From Octopus vulgaris (lineage: Eukaryota), in contig OX597819.1 of the NCBI GenBank assembly GCA_951406725.2, forward strand, positions 116,746,001-116,810,000: a stretch of DNA of 64,000 bases, written 5' to 3'. Shown here in pieces: positions 51,700 to 64,000 of the stretch; the stretch's first letter is position 1; every line of letters starts with the position of its first letter. The position numbers and the translations under genes were made by a program. The notes beneath the pieces are model-generated. The model had not been told where the DNA came from. It made no database searches and saw nothing but the letters and a program-made list of their open reading frames with translations.

Positions 51700-52480
51700 A
51701 TTTTCGAAAATGATATAAGCTTCTCTGTTTTCACGAATTTAGGTGGAAACCTTCAATTCCGGTTTATTTCAATGTCTTGCTTGTCTCATTTTGTAATATT
51801 ATCTATTGGGAACGGTGGGTAATTCTCATCAAAGAGTGAATTGTTCAGTTCTTGGAGTGTTATGCCATGGATGTTTGTATCGGTTACTATTGTACAGATT
51901 GTCTACGGTCAGGCTATATGGGATAGTCAGTAAGGTGATAAAAGATACCCAATTCATGGCCACCGCTACTCTAATGTATTGGATGAACAATGTTGTTTGG
52001 AGCTCATAGGTTTATAGAACATGTGTGTCGCTATTTCTTTGCTGGTTTTCTTTATAAACATGTCTAATATTTGGATTTCGTTATTGCTATATTCTGAGAT
52101 GAAATGATATTTTTTTTATTAATTCCACTAATCAGTATTTGAACTTCTTTAATTTCTCTATGCCTCCGTTCCATTGAATGAAGAAATAATGGACGCTCCT
52201 TTTCCAGTGTTTTTGTCGGTATACGAAGAAAGAACTTACGTATTTTCCTATTTTAGGGCCAGAAAATTTTAGTCTCGTAGGTATACAAAAAAATTCCCAC
52301 ATCACTTGAACAATGAATTTATATCAAGATTATTACTTATTGTAGAAGATAATATCCTTATCTTCAATGACAACATTTGTCGACAAAAACCTGGGACAGT
52401 GATAGGTACAAAAGTAACACCCTCCTTTGTGAATCTAGTTGTGGAATACCTCGAGATGAAGTACCAAAATATAAATCTCC
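51700..52480. pseudogene. Decayed Penelope-like RT, two segments in opposite orientation
   Basis: Plus 52306-52480 NILIFNDNICRQKPGTVIGTKVTPSFVNLVVEYLE (Q..GTAMG..AP..ANL motif); minus around 51890-51930 IPYSL/ICTI thumb-like motif. Confidence 0.62.
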
Positions 52481-53553
52481 TGCTAACCAGATCCTTTATG
52501 TCATAGGCATAACACAATTACCAACATGTTCATCAAAAATCAGCCAGGCGCATGAGAGTCATTGTATAATCTTTGCTACACCATTGTAAACTTCGAAGTT
52601 AGCTTTTATGAAAGAATGCTTCAAATCGGATCACCTTGTCGTATAAAGGGATAATAGATTATCTATTTACTGGATAATCCTAGGTAAGCTATAGTTGAAA
52701 ATATGTCGTAATCGATTCTAGATTTTCTAAAATTTTTATTTTGTTTCACAAGGAAATGTCAACATCTATAACCAAAACCCCATTACATTGTAAGTTGCAT
52801 GTTATACAATATGCATTCTATTATGAATCTTTTAAATGAGAACTATATGAACATCAATGCAGACTTAATAATTAAATCACATAGGCATATTAGGGGCCTC
52901 AACATACATACAGTCATATGCAAAATCCTGAAAGATTCAAGAGAAATGTACGAGTAAATTTATAGAAAAGACCATATTACTAGATTTAGTTTCAACATCT
53001 TATAACTATTCCAAGCTACGCAGTGTTCAATTTATCAAAACTAGTGTGTAATCAATTGATTTGATTACACGGCTTCAAGTCACCTAGAACTGGAAAGAAA
53101 ACTCCTTAACGCGTAAAGAAATAAAGCCATGTATATATATGCGTCCACTCATGTTCTGAAAAACGTTATCTAGGTTATATTTCTAATTCTAGGATTCCCA
53201 CGCTAGGATGAAAAGAGGAAAATTGCTGCTTTCCTTTTAACATTTAAATTATAGAAGAGAAATTTTGGAAACTGATTGTATTGAAGAGAAACAGAAGCGA
53301 CATTTGAAATATTTCCATTGTTTTGCTCATATTCTAACTCATGCATAATCGATATTTTACAACATATCTATACATTTCTCTGCGCACTTCAAGTTAAATC
53401 AGTATTCCCCCTTTTTGAACGTAATCCACCGTCTTATTGTCTTTCAATGTCACTCCTATGTGTCTGTGTGTGTAGTGTGTGTAATGAAGCCGCAAACACT
53501 CAATCACATAACTGCGTGTACGTAAATATGTATAAATACACATTTACATCATG

Positions 53554-53589
<36 letters not shown>

Positions 53590-53637
53590 TATTATATTAT
53601 ATTACAGTATACTACATCATACGCACACACACTCTTA

Positions 53638-53724
<87 letters not shown>

Positions 53725-54246
53725 TTATGAAGAAATAGTAATTAATCTTCTAACTTCTTGGAATAAACTTTGTCTTTTAAAAGGTTCTACAACGATGAAT
53801 TATATTCAGTTGGCAGTATTCCAAACATTTGACAATCAAGAATTGCGAAAGTCCCACAAATTGAAAAGTTCAATAGAAATGCTGCGATATCTTTGAGGAC
53901 CTGCCAGGATATTGTTGGATATTAATTCATCTACAGAGTGCTAACAAGTGAAATAATTGTGGAAAATTAAAAAGACTTCCAAACTTCATATCAACATATA
54001 ACTTCATTCTCAACGTCATTTATATACTTACACGCATTGCACTTCCGCCGAATACACTTCATTATCGCACACTTATACGATATATCTGCACAATTCTATT
54101 TAGTCTCTTGGCTAATCTTATAGAGTAAGTCCAGTTTATTTCATTTTCAATAGTAATATTTTATGTTCTGAATAGTGTAGCATTGTTTGCTCATTCCCCT
54201 TCGAAGCAAAATGCATTAATGAAAACGAAGATAAATTGCACAAGCA

Positions 54247-54342
<96 letters not shown>

Positions 54343-54894
54343 TTATCATAGTCAAGGACTGATTTTAATTACAAAACAAACGAGTGTGAACGCTCAGGGA
54401 TAAACCGTCTCTTATCAATCAAACAGGCTTTAAAAAAATCTTTCATCCTGTTCCAACTCCCAGTGATAGGAGTTGCAACTACGCGCACATCGCTCGCTCA
54501 ACAAGTATACATAACCTTTATAGCTTTCCTTTGCAAATTCATCACATATATGAGATAGCAGTGTATGCGTAAGGACTCTATACATTTCCTTTCATTTCTT
54601 AATTAACAAGATTTCCTTTATATTTCTCTCACCATCCAACACATGTATTCAATATATTTATTAAATGTTAACTATATAACAATAAATTTCTCTGCATGCA
54701 TCACGTGAAATATATATTTATTTCTTATTGTTGAATTTCTTTTATCATAAGACATTTCGACGTTCTCGCCTTCTCTCCGACTGACGCACGTGCACATATA
54801 CAAATACACAAATACACATATATTTTAGTCTGAATCACTCATATACCGAAAACGCGTTAACAATCTAACTTTCAGCGTGTATTATGTGTGCATG

Positions 54895-55192
54895 CGTCAT
54901 GGCTGTAGGGATAAGAGGTTGATTTTCAACCATATGGTTCTGAGTTTAGTCCCACTGAGAGGCACATTGGGTAAGTGTTGTCTACTATAGCCTCAGGCCT
55001 ACCAAAGTCTTGTGTCTTTCTGTTTGACAGGCGTTTATGTGTTTACATTCCCGTAGCTTAGCGATTCCCCAAAATTACCGAGACAATAAGTACTAGGCTT
55101 AAGAAATAAGTCCTAGGTTCGATTTGTTCTAGTAAAAAAAAAAAACTCTTCAAGGCGGTATTCCAACACGGTCGCAGTCAAATAATTGAAAC
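54895..55192 (+). mobile_element. Diverged, internally deleted SINE family B
   Basis: TTAGTCCCACTG, CTACTATAGCCTC and AAGGCGGTATTCCAACACGGTCGCAGTCAAAT motifs. Confidence 0.65.
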
Positions 55193-55224
55193 AATGGGGG
55201 TGGCAGTAAACCACATTAACATAA

Positions 55225-55870
55225 CTAAGTCTATCGTTGGGCTTCCTCTAAGGCTTATAAATATTCTTATTTATATCTAAGGATACATCTTGGAAATTGA
55301 CAACCGTCAGGTTGGTATCTGTAGTTATGCTAAGACCGAAAGTTTTCCTCATTTGGATAATGTCCTTCCTAAAAAGATCTTGTTCTGGTCCATTGGTATT
55401 TGCGGTTAAAGATAGGGCATCATGTGGGTAAATGGCGAAATATACGTTAGAAAAATTCTTGCCCAACGTATCGAGTAAGAATAGTCCAATGAGATCGCAT
55501 ATGCCTGCTCCATGGTATAACCCCATGCTCACATCGAAAGCACCCTCTGTTTCGGTAGTCTTGACTCACTCTGCATTCTCTCTGAAGAGTAAGGTCTTTC
55601 TAGCATGGAAGATTATGTTCTTATCTTGCGTACTAGTTTCTATAAATTCGCTTGCGAAGGTGAGGGCTTTATCTAGCAGTTCCTAAAGATAGAGGCAATA
55701 TCGAATTGCACAAACCTCGCTTTATTCTTGTACTTAATGGCTTTAAGCCAGTCAACGGCTTACTACTGGACCATTCTACTAAGCTAGTAGCACTCCTGAC
55801 TTTTGCATTGATTTTTCCTAAAAGTTTTTTTTACTAATAATACCAATTCTGATCTAGCTGGGTTAATATG
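55225..55870 (-). pseudogene. Decayed Penelope-like RT fragment (different lineage)
   Basis: FDVSMGLYHGAGICDLIGLFLL..IYPHDAL (decayed YRDDGL)..FGLSIT..VVNFQDVSLD..YKP. Confidence 0.72.
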
Positions 55871-55889
55871 TCAGGATTTAGGCTACATT

Positions 55890-55978
55890 CAACCACTTGC
55901 AAGTTAATTTCACGAGCATGCTGTTCCGTTGATCAGATCAACTGGAACCCACGTCGTCGTAACCGACGGAGTGCCACG
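55890..55978 (+). mobile_element. 3' tail fragment of SINE family D
   Basis: Reverse complement of about 3210-3295. Confidence 0.7.
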
Positions 55979-56001
55979 TTGTTTGTATGTAAATGCATAC
56001 A

Positions 56002-56055
<54 letters not shown>

Positions 56056-56266
56056 TGTATGCATATACATACAAACAACGTATGCATAAAAATATATGTT
56101 TATAGATATATACATATATACAGGTATAAAACATGTCCATACACATACAAGCACGTACGCAGACGTATAACACTCGTAGACAAGCATATGTATATATATA
56201 TGTATGTATATATATATATATATATGTATGTATATATATATATGTATATATATATATGTATATATG

Positions 56267-56330
<64 letters not shown>

Positions 56331-56482
56331 GCATATAACATAACTTACGTATGCGAGAATGAGTTTAATAATCCTTAATGGCGAAAATAAACATATTATT
56401 ACAGAACATGGAGACAATCACAACCTTTTCATTATAAAAACTATAGCATTTCCATTAATTGATTGTAACAATTAGAAAGACA

Positions 56483-56879
56483 TTTTATATATAAAAGTGA
56501 AGTTGTGTGTCTGTCTGTCTCCTACGATTTAGATTCCTAACTACTCCCACATTTTGCGGTGCAGTGTAACCAAAAGCGGGTATCTTATAGTCGTGATTCA
56601 TATCGAGCCCTTCTGGGTATTAGCACGCGTCCTACGATGAGTCTACGATTTAAAAAAAATTACCATCATTTTTTCCCATTTTTAAATGCATTTTTTGCTA
56701 TTATATAAGGGAAGTAACTCTCTAAAAATGTATTATTAAATCTCAGAACGTAAAAAGCTACAGTAACACCCCCCTTTGTGGTTAGCCATATTGAGATGGC
56801 TATTATACTTTACATCTCTAAAATTGCTTATATAGTTATTTCCTTTACAAACCCGAGCAACGCCGGGCGATACTGCTAG
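56483..56879 (+). mobile_element. Non-autonomous Helitron, copy 2 (longer form)
   Basis: Aligns to 48238-48547; CCCGAGCAACGCCGGG hairpin and CTAG|T end. Confidence 0.85.
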
Positions 56880-56880
56880 T

Positions 56881-56935
56881 TAATACTCTAACGAGAGTAT
56901 AATACTCTGACGAGAGTATAATACTCTGACGAGAG
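56881..56935. repeat. 19-bp unit, about 3 copies, each unit self-complementary
   Basis: TAATACTCTGACGAGAGTA; TACTCT/AGAGTA stem. Confidence 0.85.
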
Positions 56936-58847
56936 AAATTTGAAATGAATAAAATAATCTAAATAGTTTGCAAATAACTCTCCAGGTTTAATAAAATATA
57001 TTTAAATGTACTCAATTTCTGTTTAAGCCTAAAACGGCGGGAAACAGTCTCATGAAAGTGTGGCCAAAAACGGAAAATATCTTTTTCTCTTGTCTGTGAT
57101 TCATTTTTAATTTAAAAATGCAAATGTATCATAATTGCTTGACTCTCACACAATAAAACTAGTTAAAATCATTCGTGAACAGCGAAACTGACAGCGAATT
57201 TTTAAAATCGTAAGGGCACTTTAGTTCGTGCTCGTTGTACACCATACGTATAAGTTAAAATTAAGTAATTTGTTCATATAATATTCGGCTATGATCTCCA
57301 TTAACGAACTAGTTAACATTATTGTGTTTACGAACTTTTTAAACGAATTGTTGGGAGCAATTTATTTAGTTGCATTTAAATATGCACCCGCTGATATAGT
57401 TTGCTTTAGTTAATTTCCACGAGTATTAAGTCATCCAGGTGTTAAACTATTTTAACGATAATATTTTACATTTAGTGGAATTTGTATTTTAGTGGAATCG
57501 TATTTAGATGAATTATTGTAGATATTTTCATATTGTTCATCTTTTAGTGATTTATTTAATTCCATTCAAACTGTCACGTGTATTATGGGAAATACAAGCA
57601 TCCCTTTAATCTCCTTGCAAATTGGTTTTCGACTTCCTTTAAGTTCGTTTGAAAACTACAAAGAATTTGTAATTCTCCAGCGAAAATTACGTAATTTAGT
57701 TTCCAATTGCAAATATGCCTTCTATAGACATTGATAACGTTGTACAACCTATTTATAATCTACTCTTAATGACAATTGCGATGATAATTAATGATATGCC
57801 TGACAAGGAAATTCCTCTGTTAAATTAAATTTCAGCTTTAAATTGATCATTACTTTCATTATAGATTATACCAGAAATCTGTTTCATAGATATCTACATA
57901 CGTTCGACCGTAAGAGTCGTGATATGTTCAGCAAATACTGAATATGTCTAAGCGTGAATGCATGCTAAATGATATATCAGTCATAAACGTTTACACCACC
58001 TAATTGTAGGAAATTACTAGATGTATGTACCTTTGCACTACAACCATCATTTCAAAGCAGAATATACATTGAATGTTAAAGTATTAAACTCAAATATGTA
58101 AACTCTATATTTGTAGATATACCACTACATATTTCTTTTCTGTCATGTAACTACTGTTGGTGTATTTGTTCTCCTCTTCGATCAAATCTCTAAACGGCCC
58201 GAGGTATCTCTGTACAACAATCGGTAAAAATTGTTCAACTGATACCTCTGTTTATGCATTCTGTACTTCCTTTGTAATCCAGATATTTGGTGCAAGACAT
58301 TAGCATGTTATGAAGATGACAGCATCATTGTTGAGGTCTATTAGCCATATCTCGACAAAAGAAAAAATCACTCTTCTTAACTTTGTTTCAAATAGTATCA
58401 CTTCGACCATAGTGCTTAAAATTAGTAATTAATTGGTGAGTTTTGATAACTTTGCCAGTGAATTTCTGCTTTTTAGGATTATATACCTAATAGCGTATCT
58501 TTAACTTTTTTGCAAACGTGTCGTACTTTATTGTGTCTGTGACCTTACATACATTATGTACTTCCAACGAACTGTTCTGTAAGATACTTAGGTGGCATTC
58601 CATTTCGTCTGACATTATATAGTTTTATGGTTTTCTAATAAATTCTATGTGTAGAATCTTTGACAAAAAAAACAACAGTTGTTTTCTCTTGTTGATCTGC
58701 CATAACCCATAAAATATATAAACATATTTTTAGCAGAAAATAGGTATTTCTTTATTATCACCAAATTCGGTGCCTTCATCTAGTTTTATCGTACCTGCCT
58801 ATGTTTTCGAGATTTGTTTCTATATTCAACATAAATATTTATGGTGT

Positions 58848-59057
58848 ACTCTTTTACTCTTTTATATGTTTCAGTCAGTTGACTGCGGCCATGCTGGAGC
58901 AACGCCTTTAGTCGAATAACTCGACCCCGGAACTTATTCTTTGTAAGCCCAGTACTTATTCTATCGTTCTCTTTTGCCGAACCGCTAAGTGACGGGGACG
59001 TAAACACACCAGCATCGGTTGTCAAGCAATGCTTCGGGGATAAACACAGATACGCAA

Positions 59058-59096
<39 letters not shown>

Positions 59097-59262
59097 TACG
59101 ACGGGCTTCTTTCAATTTCCCTCTACCAAATCCACTCACAAGGCTTTGGTCGGCCCGAGGCTATAGTAGAAGACACTTGCCCAAGGTGCCACGCAGTGGG
59201 ATTGAACCCGGAACCATGTGGTTGGTAAGCAAGCTACTTACCACACAGCTACTCCTGCGCCT
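58848..59262 (-). mobile_element. SINE family B, full length
   Basis: Aligns end to end with 10965-11372. Confidence 0.88.
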
Positions 59263-60089
59263 GTGTGTTGAAGGAAATTTCTTCCAGTTCTGCTGCACAT
59301 ATACTTGCTCATTATTGGCGTTGCGTGCGAAAGTTTGCGTCAAGTCAAATATCATCCAGCTTCCCAATCTTCAAGATACGGCATCTGTTGAATATCCCGC
59401 TTTCTAATGAATAATATAAGTATTATATTATACAGTACATCCGTCTCGTATACAAACTGTGGGGTGCAAACCATTGGGAAACTACCTGCTAGATTTTGGT
59501 GACCGAGGGACAACGTAGATTATTCCTGTCCTTTTCGTATGGATATCCCATTGGCGTTATGAATGAGAAACAAACGCTTAGTGTCATATTTACTTTGTAA
59601 ATATTAATATATAATACGTTCACGACCTAATAAATACTCACCGGTATATTGCCGGTATTAACTTTAGAGATTCGAGGCCATTTCGTTTTATAAGAAAGCT
59701 ATCTATAAATATAGAATGATTAAGTTTTGCACAAAAATAACAACAGATATTGCCGTGTAGTTTCTCCGACCTTCTTTTAAATCAAAATAGTAAGATATTG
59801 ATTAAATATCGCAACGAATCTTTCAAATGTTCAATCAAGAAGAAAGAGAATGGTGCATAATATTGGACCGTATAACTAAATTCTGTGGGAAATATTATTA
59901 GACGGAAAGAAAAAAGCTGGTTTTTTTTTCCTAAAATTGTCTGAAACAAACACCACCAAAAATGCTTAAGATCTTTAAAAATAAAGCAGAAAAAAAAAAA
60001 AAGAAACGAATAAGCATCAATAACTATAGTATTTCTTTGGCTTATTTTCTTAACGTATCAGTTGTTATAATCGTGGTAACTTTTCCTGT

Positions 60090-60252
<163 letters not shown>

Positions 60253-60720
60253 TTCCTGTATTCCATTACAGCTCCGGTACACTCTCTGTTCAACCTAAAC
60301 GAATGATAGTCATTTTTTAAAAATATTTTGTTTCATTATTTCTTTCACTTCAGATAATTCCTTGCATTTGATATTACGGACAATGATGGCGAAATGGATT
60401 AAGCTACTAAACAAATGCTAATGCGTGTTACTTGGTGAAGCAGTGCAAAAAGTGAGTACCTATTAGTGGACGTTATACACACACGCACACATATATATTT
60501 TTTAAATAATTTAAAATGTATATACGTTCGTGTGCTTGGATGTGAGATTGTCACCATGACGGAATGTGCCATTCATTTTGATGTAATATGTACGAGCGGG
60601 TACACCTTGAACAGAATATTTATTCACTTAAACAGAGTAACTGCCTAAGACCTACAGAAATTTACATTTGCATACATGAATATATCTATCTGTCTATCCA
60701 TCACGATAGATAGATAGATG

Positions 60721-60797
<77 letters not shown>

Positions 60798-61474
60798 GAA
60801 GGAAGATAGATACGTTGATCGTTTGATAGATAATAAGACAAATATATAGGCATGCATAAGGTAGAAGAAATTACTTAAAATACTATAGAGGAATCAAGGA
60901 GAGCAAATGTTACATATATATATACATACTTAACTTAACGCATACATGGACATAACCATACATACATTAATGCATACATACATACATATACACATAGTCA
61001 AGCACACACACACATACTCACATATCGCTTTACACACTAGTGAGAGAAACAGATCATTACTATTATTTACATATCAGATGCAAAATTTTCGATTACTTCA
61101 GAGTGTAGCGCACCAACAACTTCGAAGGCGAGAAGTTGAACATATACGATGCACCAATCTGTGCATTGACAAAGTTAAGCATTCACACACACGCAAATGC
61201 TCACCCACTCTCATACACACACACATATATACATTAAAGCATACATATATATACATACACATAAGTACACACACCAACACACATCCATTTGTACATATAT
61301 GTATGAGCCTATCTGAAAAAATTAATGGAAAGTTACAAAGAAGAATCAGTGTGCAATCTAAGCTTTCCATTAATTTCTTTGTATATATTGCATTGCTTTA
61401 AGCTAACTACTTCATTCATATATACATTTGCGTATGTGTGTTTTACGTGAGTTTGTGTGTTTGTGTGTGTGTTT

Positions 61475-61526
<52 letters not shown>

Positions 61527-62479
61527 TATGTGCATAGATATATTCTTGTGTGTATATATGTGTCTTTCATTTATTTTAAAACCATTCAAAGTAGTTTCAA
61601 AATAAACTGCAAAGAAGTGTATAACAATGGCACAGTTTACACTATAATTTACATTATAGTTTACATTATAATTTACATCAACCCTTTAAGGAATTGATAT
61701 GTGAGGTGGCAACGCGTTTTTTTTTTCGGACCTCAAACTGTAAATGATTCTAATGTCAAGGAAACTATTCAGTTTCTTTTTGTATACATTTAATTTTTTT
61801 GTTTTAATACGGTTCTTATTTGCATTTTACTGACATTTTGATATTAGTTTTGCATGTCATTCTCACAATACTTCAATGAAACTCTACTTATCTCGTTCGA
61901 ACATTATTCGGATTCTTTATTTACAATATTGTATTAGTTATTAAAAACTATTTTGAGGTTGGTATGATAAATCAGGCGGTCCGGTTTAAAACTGTTTTTG
62001 ATCCATAGATCCCTTTAATTCACTTCCATGTCTGACATGCCTCCTGATTAAACCTAACCTTGGGATTTCTGTTACTTGTCCAGGTATCACCTCTCCCAAC
62101 TCTTGCCCGTACTTGTTGTTGCTCTAGGTGTTGATGTGTAACAATTCAAATGAAACATTAACATTATTATTCCTTGCAATGCCTGTGTGCCCCTACACAT
62201 AACAAACACACTCATCGACTAGATAAGGCAGATGACACCCCATGAAAAGAGAGACATATAGATTATTCACTCTATTTACAATGCTAACAAAACAGTTAAG
62301 CAGTCATGTCTAGGGTATTCCTTTACGTATGTTACTATTTGTCAATAACAAATGTCTAATCTATGTTTCAAAGAAAGATGCTAATATATATTATGATCAA
62401 GAATTATCCGAACTGTTGCCATAGTAACGAAACTAAAGCATACACAGTAAAATTGCTTGACACAAGTTAGCCGTGAACT

Positions 62480-63008
62480 CTGCAGTGCATACGCTGTAGC
62501 TCACTTCAGCTGTTTACAGCAGTGCTTGGAAGGAATGTGTGTTGCGTGTGATCGTCGCATTGACCATGACGGATGAAGCTGGACGGAGAATCTGCATCAA
62601 AGTTTGCCAAAAGCTTGGCAATACCTTTCAAAATGTTTTCATCGTTCTCGACTCGATTAAGAACTCATGCAACTAATATACTAGTGTCATTTTGGTCAGC
62701 TGAAAGCAGTATTGGCACAAACTCGGTTGACAAGCCACTCATCCCCAAATCCTCAGTGATAATGGACTGAACTGAACCGTAACTAATCTGCACATCCTCT
62801 GATAACTCACAGATGAGGATTCGACTACTGCATGCGCTTATGCGATGCCTTTCTTAGTCCTACTAGTTACGGATCTTCCAGACCTTTTGTCATATCGACA
62901 TTTTTTCAGCCATTTGGAAACGCCTGAACCTCTCGTACACTTGTAAGCGACTCATTCCCTCATCTCCATACACTTTCTGCAACTTTGCGTAGGCCTCTGA
63001 GCAGGTAT
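62480..63008. mobile_element. Mariner 5' remnant with internal inversion
   Basis: Plus strand MTDEAGRRICIKVCQKLGNT to 62626, continued on minus from 63002 as CSEAYAKLQKVYGDEGMSRLQVYERFRRFQ. Confidence 0.75.
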
Positions 63009-64000
63009 GACCATGCCAAATTATTCTGTCATGGTCAATACGATGATTACACGCTGCACACTTTCATTCGTTATTCACAGTGCAAAATGATTTCAATTCA
63101 GGATTAAAGGTTATATAGGTTATGCAATTTTCATCCACCGAATTTTTAATTCAATGAATTGGTAATTCACGTGTTTGGACGAATCAATCCGTATCATCAA
63201 AACTGGCGGAACTCAATATGCGCACCTTCCTTTTCTATTCGATAACTTATTATTTATTTTCAAAATTAAAAAAATACTTCTCACTTATAATACCCATTCT
63301 TGTAGCTTGAAATACCCACATAAGCAGCACATTCTGTTCTCTGCTTCGTACATCGAACATCACAAACTGCGTAAAACAGCAAACATATACCCCACCCAAA
63401 AAAAAAACCCAACAACATACAAACAAACAACTAAAAGAAAATTCAGAGAAATGGGAAACTGATTTTCAAAACTTCATGTAATTGTAAAAAGTTCTTCAGT
63501 ATAAAGATTACGTCTCTGTTGACAGTGAAAAAATAAGATAACAAACGACGACGAGGGAATATTAGAGGGAATTAAGCAATAGAACAAAAAATGATGAGTG
63601 GTAAATACGGGAAAACATGTCACATGACGCACGTCTTAATGATAAGCGATACAAATTATAATTACATCTGTATGTAATTTGCAAATATAGATATTATTAT
63701 GCAACATTTTCTAGTCTTGGAGGAATATCATACTTTATTTCTCATATCATTTACTAATTAATTGTGCAAAATATTGATGATAATATTTCAAGTTTGTACT
63801 TGTATTAATTACCATTTAATTCGTTCATGTTCTTATGCGTTAATATATCAACAATTCTTTTCTATCATTACATCAATGCAGCAGTAACAGTAGAGTATAC
63901 GTACATGCGAATAGATCTACATACGAAGTTCACAGATAAACAGATATGTTCAAACATTAATACACACACAAATACACATATAGAACAAAATAGAGAGAGA

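Noticed and set aside
56881-56935. CRISPR repeat or hammerhead (contains CTGACGA)
   Set aside because: No spacers, eukaryotic context, and no GAAA following the stem

Overview
AT-rich, microsatellite-dense eukaryotic DNA made almost entirely of transposon debris, with no convincing complete host gene. The four tRNA-headed SINE families resemble octopus SINEs as I remember them, so the source is probably an octopod cephalopod (inference, not searched). The window holds about 25 SINE copies, five mariner derivatives, a hAT MITE, a GG-terminal 8-bp-TSD MITE carrying TTAGGG repeats, two non-autonomous Helitrons, and LINE fragments (RTE with a stop-free 316-codon frame, R4/Dong, CR1-group, L1/Tx1, Penelope). 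The most notable signal is a set of sequence-unrelated, (TA)n-flanked foldback elements that carry type-I hammerhead ribozyme folds. Three folds are complete (31509-31597 -, 31916-32004 +, 33072-33156 -), one is near-complete (48038-48154 -) and several are variant or decayed. They are probably non-autonomous Penelope pLTR/retrozyme-like derivatives. One SINE family shares its 3' tail with a CR1-group LINE end in the same window. A weak chain of minus-strand exon candidates is reported at low confidence. Coordinates of diverged repeats are approximate, and all family assignments come from motif recognition without database searches.
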